A stretch of DNA of 64,000 bases from Candidatus Woesearchaeota archaeon (GCA_023898365.1 CP060219.1:133743-197742); one strand, 5' to 3'; shown: positions 44,813 through 55,309, numbered from the stretch's first letter. Made by a program: numbers and translations. The notes: generated by a model not told the origin, from the letters alone.

Positions 44813-45673
44813 TTAAACGCCAACAAATTTTCTTAACAGCAAACCAAAGAGGAAGCTAATGCAAGCAACACCCAGTGAAATTACAGCCATTTCTACAAAC
44901 CGTCTCCAAAACGAAAGTCCTTTTGCAGTTGTAATGTAAAAGGTGTAGAGTGAAATGATCAAGAGCACGACTCCAATCATGACACCAATAGCAACAAAGA
45001 CGTCAAAAAGCACATACGGCAAAATAAGCAAAACCACGGTTACCACGTACGCGATGCCCGTATACATTGCACCTTTAAGCGGAGCTTTTCCAACAATATC
45101 TTCTTCTCGCGTTGAAAGATAACCTGAGGCTGCCATCGAAAGTGATGCGGCAAAGCCAGTGATCGCCCCCGTAATAGCAATAAGTTTAGCATCACGAAGT
45201 GCAATAGAAAAACCAACAAGAGCTGCAGAAATTTCAACTAGCGCATCATTAAGTCCAAGCACGACAGAACTTGCGTAGACGAGACGCTCATCTGAAAGCA
45301 TGCCAATCAAGAGTCGTTCGTGTTTTTCCTCGTCTTTAATGATGGCTTTTGCTTTCGTGAATTGTTTAACGCGTTCCTTATAAAATTTTGTCGCACCAAC
45401 TTCTAAACTCTCCATGAAACGAAGAGCGAACGAAACACCAAAAAGAGACGCGAAGAACAAAATCATACATTTTCTGAAACGCAAAGGAGCCACATCGATT
45501 TTCGAATACGATTTCCAAAACGCGTAATGATGTTGTTCATCCTTTGCAATGGTAAGAAGAATTTTTTTATTCTTAGGATCCTTTTCTTTTCGAGCAAGAG
45601 CTTCGTACACCTGCAAGTCAGTGAGTTCTGCACGCTGCGCTTTATGCACAAAAACTAAGGAATCTTGATCCAT
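44813..45673 (-). CDS. VIT1/CCC1-family iron/manganese transporter with N-terminal ferritin-like domain
   Basis: 'TIAKDEQHHYAFW' and 'IIKDEEKHERLL' are ferritin-like. 'VLGLNDALVEISAALVGF' plus C-terminal TMs mark VIT1. The maximal ORF starts with TTG at 45682; the ATG at 45673 is preferred. Confidence 0.85.
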   Translation of the reverse strand: MDQDSLVFVHKAQRAELTDLQVYEALARKEKDPKNKKILLTIAKDEQHHYAFWKSYSKIDVAPLRFRKCMILFFASLFGVSFALRFMESLEVGATKFYKERVKQFTKAKAIIKDEEKHERLLIGMLSDERLVYASSVVLGLNDALVEISAALVGFSIALRDAKLIAITGAITGFAASLSMAASGYLSTREEDIVGKAPLKGAMYTGIAYVVTVVLLILPYVLFDVFVAIGVMIGVVLLIISLYTFYITTAKGLSFWRRFVEMAVISLGVACISFLFGLLLRKFVGV

Positions 45674-45722
45674 GGAAGGCAAAGAGAGAAGTTGTTTTAT
45701 AAAAACTTTGAAAATGAAAACA

Positions 45723-47132
45723 CTATTTTTTTAGACGATCGAATTCGACTTCGCTGACCGCCTTAGCAGAAATTCCTCTTTTTTGTAAAGCTCGCTCAAC
45801 AGTAAACGACTTATACCCTCCCTTGCAAATAATAAGGTACGATTTCTTTTTATCAAAATCATCAAGCTCGTCAAGAATTTCTGGGAACGAACGCACTTCA
45901 AAAGAAGCGCCGAATTTGAGTACTTTTGCATCAGTTCGCAAATCAATAATCGCTAAATCAGCAAGCGAAGTAAAAGATAATGTTTCTTCATACAACCCAG
46001 CAAAAGTAAGTGACTCGAGGATGAGTTTCTTTGCACGAGCACGAAACGAAGGAATGTGCTCTTCGTCTTTCTCTTTTGGAGACGTTGCAACAGGACCTTC
46101 AGAAAGAGAACAATGTTCCTGAACATGTTCTGAGTACGTAAACGTTCCCGCCCATCTGGCCAGAGCAATAATATCTTGCTTGTTTTGTGTGAGAAGCGGA
46201 CGAAATACAGGAACAGGAAATTTCTTTTGAATAAACGCAAGACTCGCACCCGTCTGACTCGATTTTTGGCTGAGCACTTCACCCGTTGCAAGCGCAACAT
46301 ACGCATGCTGAGTAATAAGAATGGCAGAAAGTTCATACAGAAAACGTTTAAACGCGATTTGTCGAAAACGGGAAGGAACAGCAGACGTAATTTCTTCAGC
46401 TACAACAGAAGCATCCACAATAAAGAGTTTTGGCTTGTAATTAAAACAAAAAGTATCAACAAGATAATTATAGCCACGCGCAACCTCTTCACGCTGCGCA
46501 TCACCAGCCGTTTGTACAAATAAAAAATCGATAAGAAAACCACGCTTCAACAATTCAATCGCGGCAACAGGACTATCAATCCCACCAGAATACAAGAGCA
46601 AGAGTTTCTCTCCGCTACCAGGAGGAAGACCGCCAAGCCCCCGTTCTTGAGAAGCATACACAAAACACTCCGATTGACGCACCTCAACAAAAATAGTCAC
46701 TTCAGGCGTGTGTAAATCAACACCTGCACTTGCTTTGTAAAGCTTTGCGCCAAGCTCCTTTGCAACATCATCAGAAGAAAACTCGTGTTTACCAGTCCTT
46801 GACTTCACCCGCACACGAAACTTCTTGTTTGCAACCAAAGGAAGGCCAAAACGAGTAGCTTGCATAAGCAACTCATCAAGCGAAGCAAATGAAAACGAGA
46901 AAGCAGGAGACAAACTGGCAACAGCAGGCACAAACTTACACGCTTGAAGAACCTCATCAGGAGAAGAAGAATAAATAATAAAACGACCACCGAAATTCTT
47001 AATCCGACCCTTCACACCCTTTCTGCGAAGCGCATCCCTTAGCGCAAACACGTATTTGCGCTCAAAAATCATTCTCGCACCACGGCTCTTAATACCGAGC
47101 TCATCATAGCGAAGGAGGACTGCGTTAATCAT
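45723..47132 (-). CDS. thiI: tRNA 4-thiouridine synthase ThiI with C-terminal rhodanese domain
   Basis: 469 aa. THUMP-like N-terminus, PP-loop 'LLLLYSGGIDSPVAA', rhodanese-like 'LIICKGGYKSFTVERALQKRG'. Confidence 0.9.
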   Translation of the reverse strand: MINAVLLRYDELGIKSRGARMIFERKYVFALRDALRRKGVKGRIKNFGGRFIIYSSSPDEVLQACKFVPAVASLSPAFSFSFASLDELLMQATRFGLPLVANKKFRVRVKSRTGKHEFSSDDVAKELGAKLYKASAGVDLHTPEVTIFVEVRQSECFVYASQERGLGGLPPGSGEKLLLLYSGGIDSPVAAIELLKRGFLIDFLFVQTAGDAQREEVARGYNYLVDTFCFNYKPKLFIVDASVVAEEITSAVPSRFRQIAFKRFLYELSAILITQHAYVALATGEVLSQKSSQTGASLAFIQKKFPVPVFRPLLTQNKQDIIALARWAGTFTYSEHVQEHCSLSEGPVATSPKEKDEEHIPSFRARAKKLILESLTFAGLYEETLSFTSLADLAIIDLRTDAKVLKFGASFEVRSFPEILDELDDFDKKKSYLIICKGGYKSFTVERALQKRGISAKAVSEVEFDRLKK

Positions 47133-47300
47133 AAGAAAAGAGAAGTTCCGACCACTTTATAATTATTCCCCAATAACTTTTACTAAGACACGTTTCTTTC
47201 GTTGACCGTCGAATTCCGATAATCAGCATACCAGAGGATTCATTAATACAGAAAAACACATATGAACACCTATTAAAGATAAGCTTATCTTAAGCAGATA

Positions 47301-49019
47301 TCACCTGCCTACATGAGTTGGGTGTTCATGTCCTGCCTCTTTTCTTCGATTCAAATGCTCTAAATGCACCATCTTTTCTTTTATGAATTTGTTTATGTCG
47401 GTTTTGTTTTTTTCAATCATTGTTGAAAAATGTTTTCCACCTAAAAAATGAGGCATTAAAACATATGTTGCGCCTTCATCGTACAATCTAACAGCATCAT
47501 CTATCTGATGCGACACCACTGCTATAATTGCTTTTTTATTATCCTCTTTAACTTTGTTTATTAATAACATGTTAGTGTCAATGAGAGGTATTGTCGAGAC
47601 AACCATTTTTGCCTTAGAAAAGTTAACCTCATTTAGAAATTCAGAATCTTCTGCATCCCCATATCTGCAATCGTATCCTTCTTTGAATAATTTTGTAATG
47701 ACTTCAGGATCATAATCAATAATGAGAAATTTCTTCTTTATTTTTTTTAGAGATTCCAAAATGTCGAACCCGATTCTATTATAACCAACAAGAATAATCT
47801 CATGATCGTCTTTCTCATGATACTTATGCTCATCAACTTTTCTTCCTTTTTTTTCAAATATGCTTAAATAATTTGATAGTGCTGGATAAAGTTTGTTGGC
47901 ATACAAGATCATATACGTCGATCCTGCAAACGTTATTAAACCTACTGCAGTGACTAAGGACAAGATTTCATTACTCACGTGACCTACTGAAACTCCTAAA
48001 GCAACAACAATCAAGGAGAATTCGCTTATTTGTGCAACTGTAAGTCCTGCTAAAAAACTGTTTCTCTTAGTATAACCCAAGAATCCCATAAGAGTCATTA
48101 CAATAATTGGATTGCCGATCATCACAAACAGAGAGAAAATCATGATAATGCCAATATTGTGATATAAATTTGAGAATGTCATTTGTGAGCCCAGCACAAT
48201 GAAAAATAGAACCAAGAAAAAATCCCTTAAAGGTTTCATTTTTGAACTTATCTCGAAATGATAAGGAGATACAGAAAGGGTCATTCCAGCAAGCAGCGCT
48301 CCCGCCTCAATAGAAAAATTGAGGTAGTGGAAAATTGTTGCAATGGCAAAACACCAACTAATTGAGAATAATAGTAAGAATTCTTGAGATTTGGCAATAA
48401 TCTTAATTACAGGCGGCATGATATACTTAGTGAAAATGAACAACAACAGCATTGCCCCCATACCTTTCAAAAAAGATCCTAGAGCTAAAGAAGTTAAACT
48501 AGAACCGTTACTAAGAGAAGAAATAACTAATAGAATCCCTATTGCTATGAAATCTTGCACAATCAAAAATCCTATAGCTATTCTCCCATATAATGATTCT
48601 AGGTCTTTCTTATCAGACAGCAGCTTCATGATAATAATCGTGCTGCTAAAAGTAAGTGCGATCGCAACATATACTGAAACCAGAGTGGATAGTCCTAATG
48701 CTTTTGAGATCAAAAACCCAACTGACGCAGTAAATACTACTTGGCCAATTCCTGTGATAAGGGATATTTTTCCAACATCTTTTATCACTTTTGGATTTAA
48801 ATTTAAACCCACAAAAAATAATAGCAGTGCAACTCCTATCTGAGAAAAAGCAGTCAGCGTATCAGAAGAATCAATTATGTTTAAGACAAAAGGACCAACA
48901 ATGATGCCGCTCAAGATGTACCCTATTATTGCTGGCTGCTTCAGAAGTCTTACAAAACCAGTAATAGCTACTGTTATAACAAGTATTTTGCTTAACTCAA
49001 CAAATATATCTGAACTCAT
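47301..49019 (-). CDS. CPA2-family cation:proton antiporter with C-terminal RCK/TrkA-N domain (Kef-like)
   Basis: 572 aa with about 12 predicted TMs, followed by 'IILVGYNRIGFDILESL', a Rossmann-like segment. Confidence 0.85.
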   Translation of the reverse strand: MSSDIFVELSKILVITVAITGFVRLLKQPAIIGYILSGIIVGPFVLNIIDSSDTLTAFSQIGVALLLFFVGLNLNPKVIKDVGKISLITGIGQVVFTASVGFLISKALGLSTLVSVYVAIALTFSSTIIIMKLLSDKKDLESLYGRIAIGFLIVQDFIAIGILLVISSLSNGSSLTSLALGSFLKGMGAMLLLFIFTKYIMPPVIKIIAKSQEFLLLFSISWCFAIATIFHYLNFSIEAGALLAGMTLSVSPYHFEISSKMKPLRDFFLVLFFIVLGSQMTFSNLYHNIGIIMIFSLFVMIGNPIIVMTLMGFLGYTKRNSFLAGLTVAQISEFSLIVVALGVSVGHVSNEILSLVTAVGLITFAGSTYMILYANKLYPALSNYLSIFEKKGRKVDEHKYHEKDDHEIILVGYNRIGFDILESLKKIKKKFLIIDYDPEVITKLFKEGYDCRYGDAEDSEFLNEVNFSKAKMVVSTIPLIDTNMLLINKVKEDNKKAIIAVVSHQIDDAVRLYDEGATYVLMPHFLGGKHFSTMIEKNKTDINKFIKEKMVHLEHLNRRKEAGHEHPTHVGR

Positions 49020-49027
49020 TTTATTGA

Positions 49028-49525
49028 TTAATAGTCTTTTAACAATTTTATAATACTGCTTGGAGTGACAACACCAATTACCTTGTCGTTTTCATTGAGA
49101 ACAGGAACATATTCAAATCCTTTTTTCCCCACTAATTTTATCACTTTATTGATTGGAGTGTCAGCTCTGACAAATGATTTGTGCTTATTTATCATACTTA
49201 TAGCTGATTTGTGGAGAAATTCTCTTCTATACCCAATGTTAAGTAGTTGAACAAGTGGTTCGTATTTAACTTGCTGCAAAAAGAGCCTAACAATATCATT
49301 ATCACTAATTTCTCCTAAAAACTTTTTTTCTTTTGTCACAACAATACATGCATTCACGTGCTCTTTCTCCAGTTTTTTCAGTATCTTCTTCACCGTATCA
49401 TCGGGATACAATAATACTGGCTTAACCATTGCATCTTTCGCACATAATTGCTTAACTTCTAATTCGCTACGCAACCTTTCTGCATGTTCTCTTCTTTTGA
49501 CTTGAAAATCCGTTAACTCACTCAT
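49028..49525 (-). CDS. CBS-domain pair protein
   Basis: 165 aa. 'AKDAMVKPVLLYPDDTV...ACIVVTKEKKFLGEISDNDIV' and 'VPVLNENDKVIGVVTPSSIIK'. ATGA overlap with the ATPase gene. Confidence 0.8.
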   Translation of the reverse strand: MSELTDFQVKRREHAERLRSELEVKQLCAKDAMVKPVLLYPDDTVKKILKKLEKEHVNACIVVTKEKKFLGEISDNDIVRLFLQQVKYEPLVQLLNIGYRREFLHKSAISMINKHKSFVRADTPINKVIKLVGKKGFEYVPVLNENDKVIGVVTPSSIIKLLKDY

Positions 49526-52209
49526 TGAACATACCTCCTTCCAAACATATTTGATTTCATCAACAACTTACTCAATTCCATAAATAGTAAACCAAATAAT
49601 GAAACAAGCAGTATGATTAGCCAATCACCCCAGAGCAAAGGAACAGTGCCAAATATTGCTTGCAAAGGAACCCAGTAAATAACAGCCAAATGAACCATTA
49701 CTGAAAGACAAACAGCCCCAAACAGCAGTTTGTTTGAAAAAGGATTTAATTTCGCCAAAGAAGGCGACAATGATCTGCTACTCATTACAGCAAACATCTG
49801 AATCATAACTAACGCAGTAAATGCTACTGTTTGCGCTTTAACTAAACTGACATCTTTGTATAAAACAAATAAGAATAATGTGCCAAGACCCATTATAAGA
49901 CCTATTATGATAATAGAAGCAAAAAGTTTATTTGAAATAGGTTTTTCATCGGGATCTCTTGGCTGCCGCTTCATAATCCCCTCTTCGGCAGCTTCAAACC
50001 CCAAACCCAAAGCTGGAGATGTATCCGTAAGCATGTTTATCAGGAGGATTTGAAGCGGCAGTAATGGCAATGGAAAATTAAGAAGAATAGCAGTAAGTAT
50101 AGTAATAATTTCTCCTGTGTTGCACGACAAAAGATATTTTGCAGATTTAATCATTTTGTCATAAATATTTCTTCCTTCCTTAATTGCACTAACAATCGAT
50201 GCAAAATTATCATCAGTCAGAATAGCTTTTGAAACTTCTTTGGCGACATCAGTTCCGGTAATACCCATTGCAATCCCTATGTCTGCTTTTTTAAGAGCGG
50301 GAGCATCGTTAACTCCATCTCCAGTCATGGCAACAATATGACCTTTATTCTGTAATACATTGACGATTCTAAGTTTATGAATGGGCATCGCACGAGCAAT
50401 TATTCTCACATCATCAATAATTTTCTCGAGCTCAAAATCGCTCATTTTTTCGACATCTTCACCAGATAATATCAAATCCCCTTTCCTAAATAACCCAATT
50501 TGCTCTGCTACTGCTTTTGTTGTTATTGCCTGATCCCCTGTTATGATCATAACTTTTATTCCAGCATCCTGACATTGTTCAACTGCTAGCCTAACTTCAT
50601 CTCTTGCAGGATCGATCATTCCGGCAAGACCAACAAAAACAAGGTTATTCTCCACGTTGCTTATCATATACTTTTTAGAATGAGGAAGTTCTCGGTAGGC
50701 CAATGCGAGAACTCGCAGGGCTTTTTTTGCATAGTTACGATTCACATCTAAAATTTTTTTTCTATCTTCTTTTGTGAGCTTTCTTATTACCCCATTTTCA
50801 AATATTTTATCGCATCTGTCAAGTAATAGATCGGGGGCGCCTTTAACATATGCTTCTGCCTTTTTACTAATATTGTTCTTAAAAATAACCGACATTCGTT
50901 TTCTGTCAGAATCAAAAGGTAATTCTTCAATGAAAGTAAATTTCTTCTGCAATTGTTTGTCATCAAGACATCCTTTTTTACCAAGAACTATCAAAGATCC
51001 TTCTGTCGGATCTCCTAAAATTTCACTTTTTTTTCCGTTCCTCACTAGTTTGGCATTGTTGCACATATACCCTATTCTGAAGAATAATTCTAATTTTTTA
51101 GGATTGATCTGTTTTTTTCCTTCGAAAAAATTCCCTTCAGGATTGTAGCCAGTTCCACTGACAGTAATAGTTCTATTACTGCAAAACAAGCTGGTAATAG
51201 TCATTTGATTTTTTGTTATCGTCCCAGTTTTATCACTGCATATAATCGTAGAAGCACCTAAGCTTTCCGCTGCGGGAAGCTTTTTAATTAGCATTTTCTT
51301 TTTTGCGAGGTCTTTTGCTCCTTTTGATAATCCAACAGTCACAATTACTGGAAGAGCGCTTGGAATTGTTGCTACAGCAAGAACTAGCGCGAACAAAAGC
51401 ATTTTTCCAAATGTTAGCGTGCCTTGTAATGTTCCAGAGATCAGTACAATGATAATTAAAATAACTGCGGCAATCCCTATTTGCTTTGCCAGTCTTTCAA
51501 ATTTAGCCTGAAGCGGAGTGATAGTTTCTTTTGTTGTTTGCAGCGAAGCAGCAATTTTACCAAATTCTGTTTTTATTCCAGTATTAGTAACAATACTTTT
51601 TCCTTTCCCATAGGTAACAGTGCAACCCATGAAAGCCATGTTTTCTTGATCTGATATGGAAATGCCAGCTTTGAATGGTTCTATTGTTTTCTTTGAAGGG
51701 ACGGATTCTCCTGTTAAGGATGCTTCATCAATTTGCAGGCTCGATATATCTAATAATCTTGAATCTGCCGGAACAATATCCCCTGCTTCAAGTAATAGAA
51801 TGTCACCTGGAACTACTTCTTTTGCAGGAATTTTTTGTTCTTCTCCACTTCGTAGGACTCTTGCTGTTGGAGAGGAAAGTTTCTCTAATGCTTCTATTGC
51901 TTTTTCAGCTTTATATTCTTGATAAAAGCCAAGCAAAGCATTTAGAATTACTATTGCAAAAATTGCTATTGATTCAACCAATTCGCCAAGGAAAAAAGAT
52001 ATGATGCCTGCAAGAATAAGCAGAAGGATAAGAGGATTTTTGAATTGACCGATGAAAATGTTCAGCAATCTAAACTTTTTTTCTTTAGGCAGTTCATTAT
52101 AACCAAATTCTTCCAATCTTTTTTGGGCTTCTTTTTTAGTCAAACCATACTCTGAGCTGTTCAACAACCTAATTGATTCCTTTGAACTAACAGCATAATA
52201 GTCGTTCAT
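49522..52209 (-). CDS. P-type cation-transporting ATPase (type II, Ca2+/cation-like)
   Basis: 895 aa. 'LTGES', 'CSDKTGTITKNQM', 'KGAPD', 'MITGDQ', 'GDGVNDAPALKKADIGIAMG'. Confidence 0.95.
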   Translation of the reverse strand: MNDYYAVSSKESIRLLNSSEYGLTKKEAQKRLEEFGYNELPKEKKFRLLNIFIGQFKNPLILLLILAGIISFFLGELVESIAIFAIVILNALLGFYQEYKAEKAIEALEKLSSPTARVLRSGEEQKIPAKEVVPGDILLLEAGDIVPADSRLLDISSLQIDEASLTGESVPSKKTIEPFKAGISISDQENMAFMGCTVTYGKGKSIVTNTGIKTEFGKIAASLQTTKETITPLQAKFERLAKQIGIAAVILIIIVLISGTLQGTLTFGKMLLFALVLAVATIPSALPVIVTVGLSKGAKDLAKKKMLIKKLPAAESLGASTIICSDKTGTITKNQMTITSLFCSNRTITVSGTGYNPEGNFFEGKKQINPKKLELFFRIGYMCNNAKLVRNGKKSEILGDPTEGSLIVLGKKGCLDDKQLQKKFTFIEELPFDSDRKRMSVIFKNNISKKAEAYVKGAPDLLLDRCDKIFENGVIRKLTKEDRKKILDVNRNYAKKALRVLALAYRELPHSKKYMISNVENNLVFVGLAGMIDPARDEVRLAVEQCQDAGIKVMIITGDQAITTKAVAEQIGLFRKGDLILSGEDVEKMSDFELEKIIDDVRIIARAMPIHKLRIVNVLQNKGHIVAMTGDGVNDAPALKKADIGIAMGITGTDVAKEVSKAILTDDNFASIVSAIKEGRNIYDKMIKSAKYLLSCNTGEIITILTAILLNFPLPLLPLQILLINMLTDTSPALGLGFEAAEEGIMKRQPRDPDEKPISNKLFASIIIIGLIMGLGTLFLFVLYKDVSLVKAQTVAFTALVMIQMFAVMSSRSLSPSLAKLNPFSNKLLFGAVCLSVMVHLAVIYWVPLQAIFGTVPLLWGDWLIILLVSLFGLLFMELSKLLMKSNMFGRRYVQ

Positions 52210-52454
52210 CTATTTCGGCCCCACTTATCATTTAATAATAATCCTGTAAACGCAAAATAGATTGAGAGAATAAAAAATATGAGACCAGTTCCTAAATACA
52301 CCGTATACTGCTTTAATTGCCCAGGATATAGAGTTGACCAAATAATAACACCCGAGTAAACAATAATATAAATAACCGAAAAAATACCTAGAGGGCGTTC
52401 TATGTATCTTACTTTCATCCAAAAGGAATATCTTTCCATTTCTTCTTTTTTCAA
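52206..52454 (-). CDS. Small two-TM protein
   Basis: 82 aa maximal ORF (TTG start; an ATG alternative at 52439). ATGA overlap with the ATPase gene. Confidence 0.4.
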   Translation of the reverse strand: MKKEEMERYSFWMKVRYIERPLGIFSVIYIIVYSGVIIWSTLYPGQLKQYTVYLGTGLIFFILSIYFAFTGLLLNDKWGRNR

Positions 52455-52531
52455 ATGGCGTTATGACATAATAGACCTTTTTAAAGAAGAAACCAAAAGT
52501 AAGTAAAAAAAAGGAAAAAAGAAGGAAAAAA

Positions 52532-52960
52532 TCACTTAAATAGGGAATTGCCGAGCGTCGTTAATTTAAGATATTTGTTATTACCTTTTTCTTCAAAAGA
52601 AACATAATTCATTTCGATTAAGAAATCAATTCTTTTTTTTATAGTAGGTTTTGTAATTTTTAATTTTTTTCTTAATTTTGACTGATTAATCAAAATTCCT
52701 TTTTTATTCTCATCATCAATCATTTGCATGATTTTCATCAATTCTTCCGGCATAAGCTTATTTATTCTTCTTTTGTAATATCCTAAGAATGCTTTTGCCA
52801 CAATTATAAATAAGGTAAGAAAGAGCATTAATTGAATTATGGAATGTACAACTGAACTACCTAATAAGTGATCGAAGATGTCATCCACTATTTCAGTGAT
52901 AATAAAAAGCGTAAAAAGCACAATAAAAAGATTCCTATCCTGCCGATTATAACTGATCAT
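52532..52960 (-). CDS. Membrane-tethered winged-helix protein
   Basis: Two N-terminal TMs, then 'LINQSKLRKKLKITKPTIKKRIDFLIEMNYVSFEEKGNNKYLKLT'. The ATG at 52960 is preferred over the maximal ORF start at 53005. Confidence 0.5.
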   Translation of the reverse strand: MISYNRQDRNLFIVLFTLFIITEIVDDIFDHLLGSSVVHSIIQLMLFLTLFIIVAKAFLGYYKRRINKLMPEELMKIMQMIDDENKKGILINQSKLRKKLKITKPTIKKRIDFLIEMNYVSFEEKGNNKYLKLTTLGNSLFK

Positions 52961-53146
52961 TTTTTCTCCAACGCACTTCGAGTAACTTCTTTGACAGATT
53001 CTCACATAAGAATTTGCCTCAATAAACTTTGAAAAATGTCCCTCTATCGTATCATGATCTTGTAAGCTTTCTTTTGCTCATCGATCAGTATTCATACAAA
53101 AAGCTCCAAAAGCATCAGGATTTAAACATGTTTGCATGTAAAGCAA

Positions 53147-53884
53147 TTAATCATTATCCACTCGTGGTGCGAGGACAAAGCTTAACTCTAATTTGTTGAG
53201 TTGTTTGTACTCGATGTTGAGCGGGTAATCATCTGAGAATTTGAGCGTCATTTTATCTGCAAGTTTGCTTCCTTGCATGATTTTCTTTAAGTACTCAATG
53301 GAGTATTTTGATTTTGCTTCTTTTTCTACCACTATTTTTGTGGTGTCGTCGCCTTCCATTTCAACGTCCGCTTTTGTGAGGTCGTTTTGGGATGCGATGA
53401 TGAATTTGTTCTTTTCTGTTTGTAAGGTGACTGATTCACCAACAATATCCATATCATCAATTGCTTCTGCGAAGCTTGAGGAAAGGGTTACTATAGTTGA
53501 AGAAAAGGTTAGTCCTGGAACGCGTTGTTCTTGTTCGTCCATTTCTAAGAGTGGTAATTGGAAGGATCTCTTTGTTTTTGCTTTTAAGGTAATGTGAAGT
53601 TTTGAATCCTTAAGTTCGAGTGTGAGCGTGTCGTTTGGTCCTGCTCGTCTAAGAACTTGTTTGAGATTGTTCAGATTAATCGCGATTGTTTGCGGTTCTT
53701 TTATGTCATATTCGACAAAACAGGAAGATAGAAGCTTGAAAATGACCATGGCAACGTTTGCTGGGTCAATTGCGACGAGTTCCAAGCCATCGCTTGTGAA
53801 CTTCATGGAAGTTTCAGTGACAAGATCAGAAATTATGGTAATTGAATCTTTGAGCAATCTTGGTTCAGATAGTGTTAGTCTCAT
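53147..53884 (-). CDS. pcn: DNA polymerase sliding clamp PCNA
   Basis: 245 aa from the ATG at 53884. 'MRLTLSEPRLLKDSITIISDLVTETSMKFTSDGLELVAIDPANVAMV' and two-domain length match the PCNA pattern. Confidence 0.88.
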   Translation of the reverse strand: MRLTLSEPRLLKDSITIISDLVTETSMKFTSDGLELVAIDPANVAMVIFKLLSSCFVEYDIKEPQTIAINLNNLKQVLRRAGPNDTLTLELKDSKLHITLKAKTKRSFQLPLLEMDEQEQRVPGLTFSSTIVTLSSSFAEAIDDMDIVGESVTLQTEKNKFIIASQNDLTKADVEMEGDDTTKIVVEKEAKSKYSIEYLKKIMQGSKLADKMTLKFSDDYPLNIEYKQLNKLELSFVLAPRVDND

Positions 53885-53960
53885 TTTCTCCTCCCAGTAT
53901 AAGAAAAAGATCACGTTCTCTTTATATATTTTTTACTTTTCAAGAGTATATAAAGGATGC

Positions 53961-55214
53961 CTATGGCCAGACGAAAACATCTCCGTTTTCAAGAATGCGT
54001 GCTTGTGCACCGTGTTGTTCTGCAAGGAGTTTCACGGAATTGTTTAATTCTGGCGTGCCATGTGTTGGCAGGACCAATTTTGGCTGTGCAAGCGTAAGAA
54101 GTTTCTCCCTATCAGGCCTTGTTGCGTGTCCCGAGGTGTGAATTTCTTTTGTGACGTTCGTGTTCCGTTCTTCAAGGAGAGCTTCAAGTGCTCGGCGATT
54201 CTCTTCATTTTCTGGTGTTGGTATGACTCTGCAACTAAAGATGACTTCGTCACCTTTCTTAAAGTTGTAAAGGCCCTTTCTGACCATACGCGAAAGAACT
54301 GCTGAAGGCTCAGCTTGATGGCCAGTGACAAGAAGGACGTGCTGCGAGGGATCAACAAGTGATGCAAGAAAATTTTCGATCTTCTTTGGACGTTTAAGCA
54401 CCCGAACGTCTTCAAAATCAATACCTATCTCTTCGGCTGCTTTCACATACTTGTGCAAAGAATTGCCAAGGAGGGTGATTGTTCGACCAGAACGCTTTGC
54501 GCAATCTATAATGGTCTTGATTCGGGAAATATGTGATGCGAAAGTCGTAACGACAACCAAACCTTTTTGTTTGGTAATTTTTCGAAGCAAAGAACACATA
54601 TCCCGCGCAACCGACTGTTCTGTAGGATTCGTTGTCATCACTTCATTATTCAAACTGTTCAAAATAAGAATATCTGGCTTTGCAGCGACAATCCCTTCAT
54701 AATCAGGAGGTTCGCCAAGTGTTGGGGCATCATCTAAACGAAAATCATTCGCGTAAAGAATTCTTGCTGTTTTGGTTTTGACAAGAATAAGTGCGCTTTG
54801 GATCGTAGAATGTGTCACATGAATAAATTTTACTTGAATATTCCCGACCTTGATGTTGCGCTCGAAAGACACAGGTTTAAGATTGAGCTTCTTATTATAC
54901 TGTCGGATAACTGCCAAAGAAAAAGGCGTACCATACACGGGAAAAGGAAGGTGTTTGTAAAATTGCAACGCGCCCAAATGATCAAGATGCGCGTGAGAGA
55001 TAAACAAGGCCTTAACCTTTTTTTTCACATCCGTAATATTAGGGATTGCTCCAATACTGCGCAACGCCTTCAAACTCATTTCGGGAAGCGCATTCTTGCT
55101 GAAACGATCGACATGAAGACCAAGATCGAGTAAGAGACCATCACTTCCTTCTTCAATGTACGTGCAATTCCTACCTATCTCGCCATAACCACCCAAAGGA
55201 ATAATTTTTACCAT
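53961..55214 (-). CDS. rnj: Archaeal RNase J-like metallo-beta-lactamase/beta-CASP ribonuclease
   Basis: 417 aa. 'KIIPLGGYGEIGRNCTYIE', 'FISHAHLDHLGA', C-terminal 'HTSGHA'. Confidence 0.8.
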   Translation of the reverse strand: MVKIIPLGGYGEIGRNCTYIEEGSDGLLLDLGLHVDRFSKNALPEMSLKALRSIGAIPNITDVKKKVKALFISHAHLDHLGALQFYKHLPFPVYGTPFSLAVIRQYNKKLNLKPVSFERNIKVGNIQVKFIHVTHSTIQSALILVKTKTARILYANDFRLDDAPTLGEPPDYEGIVAAKPDILILNSLNNEVMTTNPTEQSVARDMCSLLRKITKQKGLVVVTTFASHISRIKTIIDCAKRSGRTITLLGNSLHKYVKAAEEIGIDFEDVRVLKRPKKIENFLASLVDPSQHVLLVTGHQAEPSAVLSRMVRKGLYNFKKGDEVIFSCRVIPTPENEENRRALEALLEERNTNVTKEIHTSGHATRPDREKLLTLAQPKLVLPTHGTPELNNSVKLLAEQHGAQARILENGDVFVWP

Positions 55215-55309
55215 TCGTTCAAACCGGTATCGATAAGGGGCTTCAATTGAAATAGTTAACGATTCTTAGTGCCGACTAGTAAAGAACACAAAGCAACATA
55301 ATAAGGTAA

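Noticed and set aside
47275-47290. Perfect 14-bp palindrome AGATAAGCTTATCT downstream of the Kef-like gene, as a possible island boundary or att site.
   Set aside because: It occurs only once and has no matching copy at the other end of the low-GC block. It is probably a small terminator-like or chance palindrome.
53622-54141. Plus-strand ORFs 53622-54047 and 53860-54141 spanning the PCNA/RNase J junction.
   Set aside because: They are antisense to two well-supported genes and cross the intergenic gap, so they are shadow ORFs.
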